From assembly GCF_009914755.1 (NCBI RefSeq), contig NC_060942.1: a stretch of 64,000 bases of DNA; one strand, 5' to 3'. This document shows positions 29,551 through 42,836 of this stretch, in pieces. The notes below the pieces were generated by a model that was given only the letters and a program-made list of their open reading frames with translations, searched no databases and was not told where the DNA came from. The position numbers and the translations under genes were made by a program. Source of the stretch: the human T2T-CHM13v2.0 reference genome, Homo sapiens. The stretch's first letter is position 1. Every line of letters begins with the position of its first letter.

Positions 29551-31814
29551 GGAAAAGCTCCCAAAACAAGCTTCATTTTACAGGAAGAAAATATTGGAGC
29601 CCAGAGGGATTAAGGAACCCGCCTGAGGTCACACAGCTAGGAAGGGCAATGCAGCATCTAAAGCACTTCTTTGACCCCCAAGTCCTTAATCCTTCCTCTG
29701 CTCTTAGAAACCTGAACCAACAGTATTAAACATTTTCTCATTTTGATTCTCTGCTGGATACCTGCAGCCTGCCAGATTTCCAGCCATATTAAAAATAATA
29801 ATGAAAAAAAATATCCAGACCCATTAATCAGCTCTGTTCCCCAGGGCTTGGAAGGACACAGTTTCAATGCTCTGCACCCAGTCAGGAGGGAGGAGGCTGA
29901 GCTGTCACCATGCAACTTTCAAGAACTGTGGTGACTGGAGGGAGCCAATCACCATAGTTCTTGAAAGTTGATCCCAAGCTCTGGTTTTAAAAAAGACTGT
30001 TTAGACCAAGTTCACATGCTTATGCCTCTGGGTTGATGAAATGATCAGCCCATACCATTTCTAAGCAACTCTCCCAACTCTGGGGAGTCACATTCAAAGG
30101 CAGGAAGGTCCTTTGGAACAAAACTATAGTAGAGCTGGGGACACCCAAGGAACAAAAAGGGTTACATATTTATCTACCTGCAGTGCTCCATTGTGGGTTC
30201 CAAGAGGTCTGCTCTTTTTCTTGCCAAGACCAGAGGGATGTGCCATGTTACCTTGACCATTTAGAGATGGAAACCACACTGTGATTAGAGACCTGGTCTA
30301 TCACAGATTCTATCCAGCCCCAACCCCAAACACTGACAGATCAAGCCACCAGCTGCCATTCCAGGGGAATCAGATGACGAGTTCCTAAGTTTGGCCATCT
30401 GCAGGATGTAAGAAGAATAGAAGGAAGCTGGGCTTTGGCAGCCTGTGTTTATAATTAGCAGTGTAATGGTTTTCAGGGTGCTCGCTGAACGGAGCGTGCG
30501 TATTCCTGCTGCACCGCTGTATTGTGATCAGGGCGCCTGATTATTACAGATGTGTGTATGGAGCCAAGCACCCATTCCTATGAGGAAAGCTAAATAGGTG
30601 CCCTATTTAGGTCATGCCCATCAGGCTCAGTGGAGTTACCATGATGGGCAGGCAGAAAAGCCCGTAAGTCCAAGGCATGCAGGGGCCTGGGCGTGTTTAC
30701 AGCACTCACATCGTAGGTCCCTTATTATTAATGTTTACTCTGTGCCACTGTTTGGACCCCATTTCCCTGAAATATTTCTAAATCAATGAAAAAAAAAAGT
30801 TAGAGCACAGCTGGGTTCTTTGACCTCCCTGGAAAGCAACTCCCAGAAAAGACTTCACCCTCTCCCATTCCAGTGTGCAGGAGCCATTCCAGCGGACAGG
30901 ACCGTACACGCAGGTGCTGAGGAAGATGCGACTATCAACAAGGCCGCTACCCTCAAAGTGAGGAGGGTCCCCCGCTGCAGCAAGCCATGGCTCCTTATCT
31001 GCCTGGCTGATCCTGTGCCCCTTCTCACGTGTGTGGTTTCTCAGATGGATTGTGCAGACAGTGGGGGGGTAGGGGTTCCACCGGAGGAGCACAGTGGCTA
31101 CTGAGAACACCTTTTCAGGAAGCATCCATCTAGGTGTGGGGACAGAGGGCATGAGGGCCGCAGGCAAACACAGGCTTGCACACAAATGCAGGTTGCCTTC
31201 TTCTTTTATCTGCAAGACACAAGGAAATGATCAGGAAGGTCAGAGGGCTCTGGGGGCTCAGGATACTGAGGATGGGCAAGAAACAAAAGGACGATGCTGA
31301 AAGGAACTCACTATTTAAGACCCATCCACTTTCCCTCCCCGGCCAGGTGTCTGACTCGCTCCAGACTCACAACCTGAGGACCTGGCCCCAGTCCACACTC
31401 TGCCCTGAGCTGCTCTCCTCCCTCTCCTCTTCCCCTGTCACAGCTTCCCCCACCATCCCTTCCTCCCTGGCCTTATTAATGACATGTAAATATCACTCTG
31501 ATGACTTTGCTGGTATAATCGGTTACCAGCATATTCTGCAAAGGATTCAATTAAAATGGAACCAGAGATCAGAGAGGCCTGGGAAGATGGGGGGCTATTG
31601 CCAAATTCTTCTGACTGGGGGAAAGCAGCACTCCCCACCTGTGCCACCCAGAAATGGTGGCCGGCCTGGTGACAGCAGCCAGGGCAGCTTAAGCAGGACA
31701 CAGCAACCACCCTCAGAAACCCCCCGGGGCTGCTGCTGGTGGGAGAGTGTCCTGAGAAGAGCAGGAAAGTCATCTGCTTTCAGGAGAAGACGTCATTTTT
31801 TCCCAGCTGCTGAT

Positions 31815-31833
31815 GGGAGGGGGCGGGGTAGGG
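31815..31833 (+). other. G-quadruplex motif / GC box
   Basis: GGG a GGGGG c GGGG ta GGG. Confidence 0.55.
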
Positions 31834-32841
31834 ACTCATAAAGGCAGGCACAGCCAGATATGGCCAGCGTTTTGAACAAACATCTTATGCCTTGTTTAAA
31901 TCAGAGACAGTGCAGATAAAGATGTATTTCGTCCAACTCTTTGCTCAGGCTTTAGCCCTAATTCTATCGCAAACAATGTTCATTGTTTAATGTCTTTATA
32001 TTCAGAAGTTGTTCCCATGCATATCTGCAAGGGAAGAAGCAGAATGCTGATAGCATTTGTGAGCCGTGCTGGCCCGGCAGGTTTCGGGAAGAAGAATGAG
32101 ATCAACGCTGGAGTGGGAGGGCCCCACTCAGGGACCGGATTCTGTGCAGAGGCCAGACCTCAAATGACATGGACAGCTCCACGCTGCCTGCTCCTAGGTC
32201 CCACAGAGCAGAGACGGAGCAGCTAGGACCACAGAGGCCTTTTCCGGAGCCAAGTCCTGGCAAGGAGGCCAGGTGGAGGAAGAGGAAGGGGCGCGGCTTC
32301 CTGTCTGTGTATGACTCCTCCAAAGTAGGGCCCTGGCCTGGGCAGGAAAAAGATGGCCTTCTCTGATACGAATGCTATTTAATTGTTGGAAACAATAGAT
32401 CAGGGTCTTGGTAAAGGCATTATTTGAACTCAAATGTTTTGCCGAGTTATGAAAAAGGTGATTATGTGATCTTGATCTGATTAGGGTGGAACGGAGCTAA
32501 ATGATGGATGAAGCAATTGCTTTTTTGAAATACCAAAATTACAGCAAGGTTGGGCTTAATCTTTGCAGCTATTCACTGAGATTTCTGAAACAGTTCAGGG
32601 TAGAGTGCAAATAGTATATTAAGAAGAAAAGAATAAAATATATTTGCAGTGGAACCTTATTGCTACCTATCCCAGATGGGGTGCACTTAGGAGGCCCTTG
32701 GGCAGCTGGCCCGGGTGTGAGAGAGAGAAGCATGGCCCGTGGGTGAAGCGCAGAGTAGAGCAATGGAGGCGAATGTGGAAGACAGAATGTGACGCTGGAT
32801 GTGGCCCAGGAATCAGGCCTCTCCTTAAGTCTCCAGACGAG

Positions 32842-33110
32842 GAAACAGAGCTAAAGCATCTTGCTGCAAGGCCGTCGATATATTGATGGCACCACCAGTC
32901 GCAGGCCCAGTTCTTCTAACTCCTAGTACAGGGATCACAGAGAATTGGGCCGAGCACCGGGGGCTCCTGGAGGGGGCTCCATTCCCAGGGTGGTGCCAGG
33001 TGGGTGAGGCCTAGCTTGGAGAGAGAGAGAGAAAGACAGAAACTGAATTGGTGATGAAATTCAAAAGGTTAGATTGGTGATAAAAGAAGATCAAATGCAA
33101 GAATGCAGGG
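32842..33110 (+). repeat. Left arm of diverged local inverted duplication
   Basis: Blocks match the reverse complement of 34215-34480 (28/31, 16/16, 20/25). Confidence 0.85.
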
Positions 33111-33222
33111 AGGAAGGAAGGAAGGAAGATAGGTGAGGTCAGAGAGAGTGCAGGGCTAGAAGACATGTGCTGGCAGCATGAGGGTTCAGGATGGGTCCCT
33201 AGGGTGACAGTCACAGGTCCTA

Positions 33223-33594
<372 letters not shown>

Positions 33595-34012
33595 CTAAAG
33601 TGGAACACCCTCACTTAACTTCCTTTAAAAGTCTTTTAGGAATATGAAGGAAATCCAGTTATTAAAGTAGAAAAAACTGAATTAACATGCCTTAGTATAC
33701 ATGGCACACCTCTTTGCAGGGCACCTGCAGGCCTCAGGAACTCATCTGCATATCTCTGAGGTGGATAAAGGTTAGGAAGGGCTGGAGAGGGCCCCTCTTT
33801 CCCCAGGAAAAAAGGTTTGGCCAACAGAAACCAGCTGAATATGTGTGTGTGCACTACGAACACTCCTGATGGGTAAGTGCTGGTTGAGATAGGTGTGTGA
33901 CATCAATCTCTAGCAATTACAGAACTCTAAGGTGGGAGTTCCCAGGCTCACAACCTACGGGTCCAGGCCAGAAAGTAATAAGTACAATAAAGGACTATTG
34001 CATAATGGAGTC

Positions 34013-34200
34013 TGTTTGGATTATCAATTGCTGCATGACAAACTATGCCCATTCTTAAAGACTGCAAACAGCAGTTTATTATGATGGCTCATGTTTCGTG
34101 GGTTGACTGGACTCAAATGGGACCTCACCCTAGAAGTTCCAGAGTGTTACTTTCACAACTCATTGATCAAGCAAGTCACTAATGTCAGCACAGATTCAAG
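34013..34200 (-). mobile_element. Old MaLR (MLT1) fragment
   Basis: tatcaattgctgcatgacaaact...agtttattatg...gcaagtcactaatgtcagcacagattcaag. Confidence 0.5.
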
Positions 34201-34214
34201 TGTCTTTGTTTTCT

Positions 34215-34480
34215 ACTCTACATTCTTGTACCTGGTCTTCTTACTTTTATCTGCCCTATTGAATTCAAACACCAATTCAGTTTCTCTCTCTTTCTTTCTC
34301 TCTCTCTCTCTTTCCTCCTCCACAAACTTGCCCTTACCCACCAGGCACCACCCTAGGAATGGCATCAGCTTCCAGGACCCCCTATTGCTCAGCCTACTGT
34401 CTTGTGAGCACTGTGCTGGGAATAAGAGGACTTGGGCCTGTACCTGTTGGCCTCTGAGCAAGACACCTTGCCTCTGTTTC
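34215..34480 (-). repeat. Right arm of diverged local inverted duplication
   Basis: See left arm. Confidence 0.85.
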
Positions 34481-35420
34481 CTACCTGTGAGCCCACTTTG
34501 CCTCTGTTTCCTGCCTGTCACTGAGGGGCAGTTGGTCACATCACCGCAGAGCATGTGGAGTGAGAGGCATCTTTGGAAAGACAGTCTACCATGGTGCCTT
34601 AAATTGTATTCTTTCCAAATGAATCTACTTTGCTTTGCATATTAATTGCATAGATACAGCCTTTAAAAATCATAACTATACTGTCTCCATTTTATTTCAA
34701 AATATGCAACTTTTCCAGGTCTATTTTTTATTTTCCTGTTTTTGATAGAGACATAGTACAATAAATATTCCACTTCCCTTTTTACACATCTATGAGAAAA
34801 GTGACAAAGCAAACATGATGACAAATGGCAGCTGATGTACAGGGAGGTTCCAGGACACGCAAGGGACTGCGGTGCAATGGAGTGTGTGCACCCGTCTAAC
34901 GGAGGCGGCTGCCTCTCACTGCAACTGATTATTGTCACGTGAGAAAGACTGTTGATTATATGGCCTACAATTTACTTTAAAACACTTCAGCATATTCAGT
35001 GTGATACATATGTGGATATAATTTAATTTTAATCTACTCCCTAGATGCAGTTAACATTTGAAGTACTCTTCAAATTAGAAATCCATACTCCAGGGATGGT
35101 TAGTCATCATTTGAAAGACCCTAATCAGAAGTCTGCATTCCAGATGCAAACACTTCAAACATTGCTATCTGAATCTGCTATAAATGGTTCATCAATAATC
35201 CTAAGAAGGGAGGCTATACTCCTGGTGCCTCTGGTTAACACCTGCCATGCACAGTAGGTGTACCCACCTTGTCTTCAGGTGAGTGCTACCACTTAATCAC
35301 TGCAACTACAGCTTCCCATCAGCCCCATTGTAATCAGGAGACCATTGCGATAGCCAAATCTTCTACAGTCATACCTGGCCTACCACAGAGAGAAACCACA
35401 GAGTTTCTACGAATTCAGGT

Positions 35421-35782
35421 TGTATTAGTCCATTTTCACACTGCTGATAAAGACATACCCAAGACTGGGTAATTTACAAAGAAAAAGAGGTTAAATGAAC
35501 TCATAGTTCCACGTGGCTGGGGAGGCTTCGCAATCATGGTGGAAGGTGAAAGGCACGTCTTACATGGCAGCAGACAAGAGAGAAATGAGAACCAAGCAAA
35601 AGGGGTTTCCCCTATAAAACTATCAGACCTCGTGAGACTTAGTCACTACCACAAGAACAGTATGGGGGAAACCGCCCCCATGATTCAATTAACTCCCACT
35701 GGGTCCCTCCCACAACACATGGGAATTATGGAAGCTACAATTCTAGATGAGATTTGGGTGGAGACACAGCCAAACCATAGTA
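35421..35782 (-). mobile_element. THE1 (B/C-type) solo LTR
   Basis: tgtattagtccattttcacactgctgataaagacataccc...gagacacagccaaaccat; 5-bp TSD caggt. Confidence 0.92.
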
Positions 35783-35820
35783 CAGGTGCTCCCCTCATTA
35801 ATGTATTTCTCAATGCCTTA

Positions 35821-36144
<324 letters not shown>

Positions 36145-37445
36145 AGAAAGGGTCTACAGGACCTTCTCGTGGTAGTTGTGGGGTGAGGGGTGTGCAGGTC
36201 ACACACTAAAAATCCAGTTCCAAATTCCTGTCTCCTTAAATCCTTGGATTCTCTTCTCTACATTGTGCCAGGGAAACTCAGGCATCTCAGCATCATTAAA
36301 TGTAGGCCACTGTGGAGTCCCAGTTTTAGTCAAGCAAACAAGTAAACGGTTAGAGCCACCTCCAATGGCACGAGCTCACATACAAAATCCAGAATCTTTG
36401 GTAAACGCTGATCCATTAATTTGGCCCATCTACTGCTTTCTCCCTCCATCCCCAGGTTGGCATCCCTAGAAACTGCTCCCACAAATGCTTCTCAGGTTTC
36501 TAAGTATATACATTAGCAAAGGCTTGTAATCCTTTTAGTGTGCAACTTATTTCTTTCTGGGCCGTAAGGTATACCTGTACCCCTGAGATTGAGCCTAGTT
36601 ATGAGGCTAGGAGGAGCACGGGGTGGTTATGGAGGGTCGTGAAGATAATAGTCACCTGTTTTCAAAGTATCTGCCCCAGGTGAGGTTATCAGAGAGTTTT
36701 CAAGCAAACAAGCCTAGGTTCCTGAGACACTGGAGGGCAAGCCAATTCTACTAGTAATTGAGACTCGGATGTTAGTTTCATCTGACAATCCATCCAACCA
36801 GATGTTCCCATTCTGTTTCAGGAGCCTATTTCCCCCCAGTCCATGCCCTGGCTTCTACATAAGAAACTTGGAAAGATTGTGAGTTCAACTGTTGTAATTG
36901 AGCAACCAACACAAATTAAATTTTGTGTTTAATTTTCAGCAATGTGAGCACTATGGCAAAAAGAAATATAAGATTCTTCTAGGGCTGGCAGGGAGGCTTT
37001 CCAGTTTTTAGCCCATGGCTTGGGCTAAAGGTTAAATGACCTGGGCTTGTCATTTTCTTTCTGTATGTGCTAAAATGCATTCAAAAGAATCCATCCCACA
37101 CCACAGGTCTTATAGTAATTATTATTACCAGAATGGACAAGTGCAGCAGACCCTTGGGCTCCCAAAGTACATGCCTAAATTGATGCTTCATCTAAATTTC
37201 CCACAGGTAATGGCTAGATTAATTGTGATACACACCATGGCTTACTAGTGTCCTATTTTCTGTTCTTGGCATTGGGCTCAAACCAAAGCGCACCACCAAA
37301 CCAATTCCCAGGTCCCATCTTTGCAAGTCTATGTCCTGGGGCCGCTCTAGGTACCAACTGTGTATCAGTCAGGGTCCAATCAGACCACAGAGAATACACA
37401 GTAAATTGTATAGGCAAAGTTTAATGTAAAGAATTAGTCATAGGA

Positions 37446-38040
<595 letters not shown>

Positions 38041-38214
38041 GAATTAGTCATAGGAGATGAAAATAATGGGGAAATTGGTGAGCGTTAAAGAGAATTCTAA
38101 AGAATTACAGAATTGCAGATATAAGGAGCAGCCCTGGTCCCTAAGGCTGAAATAGCCCAGGGACAAGACTGAGTCAGGCTTAAATTCTAGGCCTTTTGGA
38201 GAGGGCTCAGCTGT

Positions 38215-38233
38215 GGCTCACCAGATGGCACAG
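38215..38233 (+). promoter_or_regulatory. Candidate CTCF site (AP-1 TGAGTCA at 38170-38176 nearby)
   Basis: TCACCAGATGGCAC versus CCACCAGATGGCAC-type core; motif only. Confidence 0.4.
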
Positions 38234-40052
38234 AAATCCTTTGTTGTAGTGCTGTGCAGGTGGAGGAAGCTGTCCACAAGGAGGTACTGAGCCTCAGAAC
38301 TTTGCTGTAAAGCCACAAGTGGGCATCCAGGAAAAGCCATTCACAGAAAGGTGTCTCCTTGGTGCTCTCAGTGGCAAAGCTGCTCAAGGGGGTCCTGGGA
38401 GAAGCTGCTGGCTTCTGGGCATTGCCAGCCCTCATGTACGTTCAGAAGCAAGTGCCAGAGAAACCACACGCTGACAAAGCCTGGAGAGGAGCACAGAATT
38501 AGGAAGAGAAACTCCTTCCTCCTCCCATGTCCCTCCAACATCCTCTCCTGAAAAAGCATCACCACATTCCAGCTGGCAAAGGAGGAATACTCACAGGGCT
38601 CATCTGTATTGTAGCAGAGCAGGCAATGAAGGGTGCATTTGAAGATGAGATGCAATAAACTGGGAAGTTGAACACCTACTTTTACACTTACAAGTGTCCT
38701 AGTTTAGACAGTGAACTATATAGTTTCCCTGATCATAAGAGTTCTTAAAAATAATTTATTAGTATAATGAGTAAGTGTTACTCATGTACTTTCACTCTTG
38801 CATGAATGGCATTTGGGAATCTTGCAAGCCCAGTAGGCCAACATCTTGGGAGTAGCACCTTTGGTCTGAAGCCCTGTTTGCTTTTTTTGTCTCACCATTT
38901 ATTGGATTATAATATTGCCTAATTCCACCAAAAGAGGAGTTGACTCTGCTATTAAAACACTGCCTCATTTTCATCTCAGAGTGAATCTCTCATATACATT
39001 GTTTTTCAGAGTGCCTGTAGAGACAAGAGTGAGGACCTCACAGGTTGTATGACTTTTTATGCATGCTTGTCAATAAATGTTTATATTTTACAGCTTAGTT
39101 CTGCTTGGCACAGAGCCCACTGTCAGACCTTCCAGTTTTTAAAGCAACAACACAAATGTGGATTTTCATACACAGTCTTACAATTTGTAAATGTTGGCAA
39201 ATAAATTTGGCCGATGTTGAAGGCGAAATACAAACCACATCTCTGTAACCCTGGGCAGGTTCCTGAACCTCTCTGTGCTTCCACTTCCTTATCCATCAAA
39301 GAGAAACCATGATAATAATAGTACTTCATAGGGTTGTTATGGGCTAGACTGAATATATAGAGACTGGACACAGAAGTACTGTGTGTACTGATCATTTAAA
39401 AATAAATAAGTAAATTTCTGCCAGCCATCTGCCCATGGGCTGCCTACTTTTGACACCTGCTTGCCAGGATTCATGTTGCCCATTTGCATGTGCTATTAGC
39501 CTCCCTGGCTCATCTATGGAGGGGAAGAAGTAATACTTACAATAAAAGTACACCAAAGGAAGCAGCTTCACCTATAAGCTGTAAAAGTGGCCATACTGGA
39601 AGAAATCTTCCAGACACATGTCTCAACAAGAGTGCCTTCTCTTCCCTTCTGTTGTGCTGCTGTCACTAGGCTAGAGGCAAACATATGTATCCCTGCTGCC
39701 AAACACTCACAATTGATTCAGTCGAGTTCTGGGCACAGGGTAGGTGCTCAGTAAAGTTGTTGACTTATCTGGACACAGTAAACACGTATGCTTGTGTGTG
39801 CTTAGATGCCAGATGCCTCATTTGGAAGCCATCTTTCCCTGGTAGAAATATTGGCCCCACACTTTGGCATTTAAAGCTCCGGAAATCAGTCCAGTGGTTT
39901 CTGTTTAAGTCGGGCCCACCGATTAAAATTTTGAAATTCCAATCAAGACTTTTATTCTTTCTTCCAGAGCAGTCAGAGTTGTTACCTTGGGAGTTGGGAG
40001 GTCTGAACCTTGAGCACAGACAGAATGTTGTATGTTGTGGCTTTGTGGCTTC

Positions 40053-40362
40053 TTTTTTATTTTTTTTTTGGAGACAGATTCTTACTCTGTTGCCTTGCCC
40101 AGGCTGGAGTGCAATGGCACCATCTTAGCTCACTGCAACCTCCGTCTCTCAGGTTCAAGTGATTCTTGTGCCTCAGCCTCCTGAGTAGCTGGGATTACAG
40201 GTGTGCACCACCACACCCAGCTAATTTTTGAATTTTTAGTAGAGACACATTTTTGCCATATTGGCCAGGCTGGTCTCGAACTCCTGACCTCAGGTGATCC
40301 TCCTGCCTCAGCCTCCCAAAATGCTGGGATTGGATTGCAGGTGTGAGCCACCACACTCAGCC
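40053..40362 (-). mobile_element. Alu (AluSx/Sz)
   Basis: Antisense dimer; TSD ttgtggcttc. Confidence 0.95.
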
Positions 40363-41224
40363 TGGTTGTGGCTTCTTTAGGAAGCCTGCTTGCTTTCCTC
40401 ACACCTCATGTCTCTGAGCACCAAAGAAATGAAGAGGGAGGAAGAGAGAAAAGTAGCTTGGTATCGGCGAAGGAAGGGATTGTTAGAGAAGGCAGGATAT
40501 CTCCACACCAGGCTTTCAGCTCACAGGCAGATGGCCAGGCAGCAGGACTCCCCAGCAATCCCCAGGTGGAAGCCACGTGGGGAGTGCTCCCACTTGGGAG
40601 TGACCTGCTCAGCTCCTCTGTACCCTCACACGAGTGTGGCTGTGATGTGGGCTGTGGTAGCCAGAGGACTGGACTCACTGTGACGCCTTCTCCATCCTCC
40701 CATGCAGTCACCCACCCCTGGTACCCCTGGTCTCTGAGTGTTTCAGGCAGTTTTTCTTGCGGTACTGTCTCACACCGCAACTTGTGCTTAACATGTTGAG
40801 CTAATGCCTTTCTCTCCCACGTTTGGTGGTAAGCAGATAAATTCTCACTTCTATCTTCATACCCAATGAACTATACTTAGAATACTTACACAGTACTCCT
40901 GGGCTAGGGATAAAGCCCATTGGAAGGGTTGCGGCTAGAAAGAGTGAGAGCCCTGTACAAATGAAGACTTTCCACTCTGGCGGACACCCACCCTGGATGC
41001 GCCTGAGAAGTCTTTGTTTATGGGAGGCACCTGGCTCTCCAGTTCTTGAGTCCTTGGAGGAAAGTGAAAATTTCCCCAAGAGGGAGAAATCCCTGAAACC
41101 CAGTGCATCCTCTACGTTGTTAATAACACAGGTCCAGTGGGACTATTTGATTGTCACTAGAAAAATTTCCCAGGAGGAAACATTCACAACATCATATTTC
41201 AGCTCAATTTCAACTCAGCAAAAC

Positions 41225-41480
41225 AGAGCTTATTGATTAAAAGTCTGATTCTAAAGTCAGTCTGCCTGGGCTTGCATCCTAACTCTACCACTTCCTAATT
41301 ATTGAATAAACTTCACTCAACTATACCTTGGTTAACCTTATCTTTGAAATCAGGGCGTTAATAGAACCTCCTCCATAGGATTCTGGTGATAATTAAGTGA
41401 ACCAACACATGTAAGCTTAGGACACTGGACGGCATACAGCAAGTGCTCAACAAATATTGACTATCACTGTTGTTAATACT
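41225..41480 (+). mobile_element. MIR
   Basis: agtcagtctgcctgggcttgcatcctaactctaccacttcct...aagtgctcaacaaatattg. Confidence 0.7.
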
Positions 41481-41729
41481 ACTGTGCCAACTGCATTAGC
41501 AACTTATTTTCTTGTTGAGTAAGGTGAATCACAGTTTTGTGCAGGGTACAAAACTGTGGGTCTATGCAGATGCATTGACTTGAACAGCAAAATACTGTGT
41601 TTAGAATAACACAGGAGAAATAGAGGAAGGGAAACAATACTGTTGAAAACCATTGAACTGGGTGTAAAAAGACTCATGTATGTTTTTATAAAACAAGCAA
41701 GGGAATACTGACTAGTTGGTTGAAATTTT

Positions 41730-42630
41730 ATGTTGAGAATAAAATAACAGTGTCTACTACTCTCAAGAAGGTCATCATCCTGGCTGGGAGACCCACAAGT
41801 CAATAGGCAGTCCCAGCACAGCACAGCACAGCACAGCACAACACAACACAGCACAGCTGTGTGGGATAAAGCATGAGGTGTCCTGGGAGTGTAATGGAGG
41901 GGCATTTTGCTCGATCTTTGGGAAAAATTAACTTCCTGAAGGAGGTAGCACCTAAGCCAAGAAGTGAATGCTGAATTAGAATTAAGGATAGAGAGGGGGA
42001 AGTTATTCTGAATAGAAAGAGAAACATACACAATGACTCATAAGAGAGAGTGGTCTGGGAACTGCAAGTAATTCAAAATGGCACATGGCTGGTGCACTGG
42101 TGCTTACAGGAGAAAGCAGCAGGAAACAGACCACAAAGTTCCTTCTAGATCATGCAATCCAGTCTGACCCTTGTTTGAAGATGATGGGGAGCTAATGAAG
42201 GCGGTATTATGCCTAAGTGCCATTATTTATTGCACAAGGTAAATGGATAGGGGGTCCAGGTTAGAGAGAAGCATACCCTCTAGGGGGCTTTTGTAGTAAT
42301 CCAGGTTAGGAGAAAATCATAGCCTGAGATGGGGTGATGGCAACTGGAACAGAGAACAGCAGAAGGATTTGAGAGGAGATTTGTAAGTCAGAATCCAAAT
42401 GCCTTGGTGATTTAATGGATGTGAGCTGAGGAAAAGGGGAGAAGAGGATGTAAGACAAACATCAATGTTTCTGGTTTGGACAAGTGAGCATATCATTTTC
42501 TGAAAAAAGGGAAAGGAAGAACAGATTTGAAGGAAAACAACATGGAATGGGTTTTGAGGTTGTCGTGCTGCTGGTGCCTGTGGACGCTCCAGTAGGGAGG
42601 AGGTGTAGGCCGTTGGATACATGGCAGAAA
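41730..42630 (-). mobile_element. L2 fossil
   Basis: acttcctgaaggaggtagcacctaagc, gtaatccagg, gtttctggtttggacaa motifs. Confidence 0.55.
41814..41856. repeat. (CAGCA)n/(CAACA)n pentanucleotide repeat
   Basis: Directly read. Confidence 0.9.
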
Positions 42631-42651
42631 AGAACTCTGGCTGAGAAATCT

Positions 42652-42836
42652 CACACACAGGCAAACACACGTGCACACATATGCACTCACACGTGCACAC
42701 ATATGCATGTGCGCACACCTACACATGTGCACACATGCACAGGCAGGTGCACACACCCATACACACATGCATGCATGCACACAAGTTCATATACATATGC
42801 GGACACCGGCGCACACACATGCACAGGCACACATGT
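42652..42836. repeat. Degenerate (CA)/(TG) alternating purine-pyrimidine tract
   Basis: ~185 nt of cacacatgcac-type units. Confidence 0.9.

Noticed and set aside
31176-31841. 221-aa ORF in unique DNA
   Set aside because: TTG start, no recognisable domain, composition typical of chance GC-rich ORFs.
34091-34645. 184-aa hydrophobic ORF
   Set aside because: Spans an MLT1 fragment, a (CT)n run and a MIR remnant; hydrophobicity comes from T-rich sequence.
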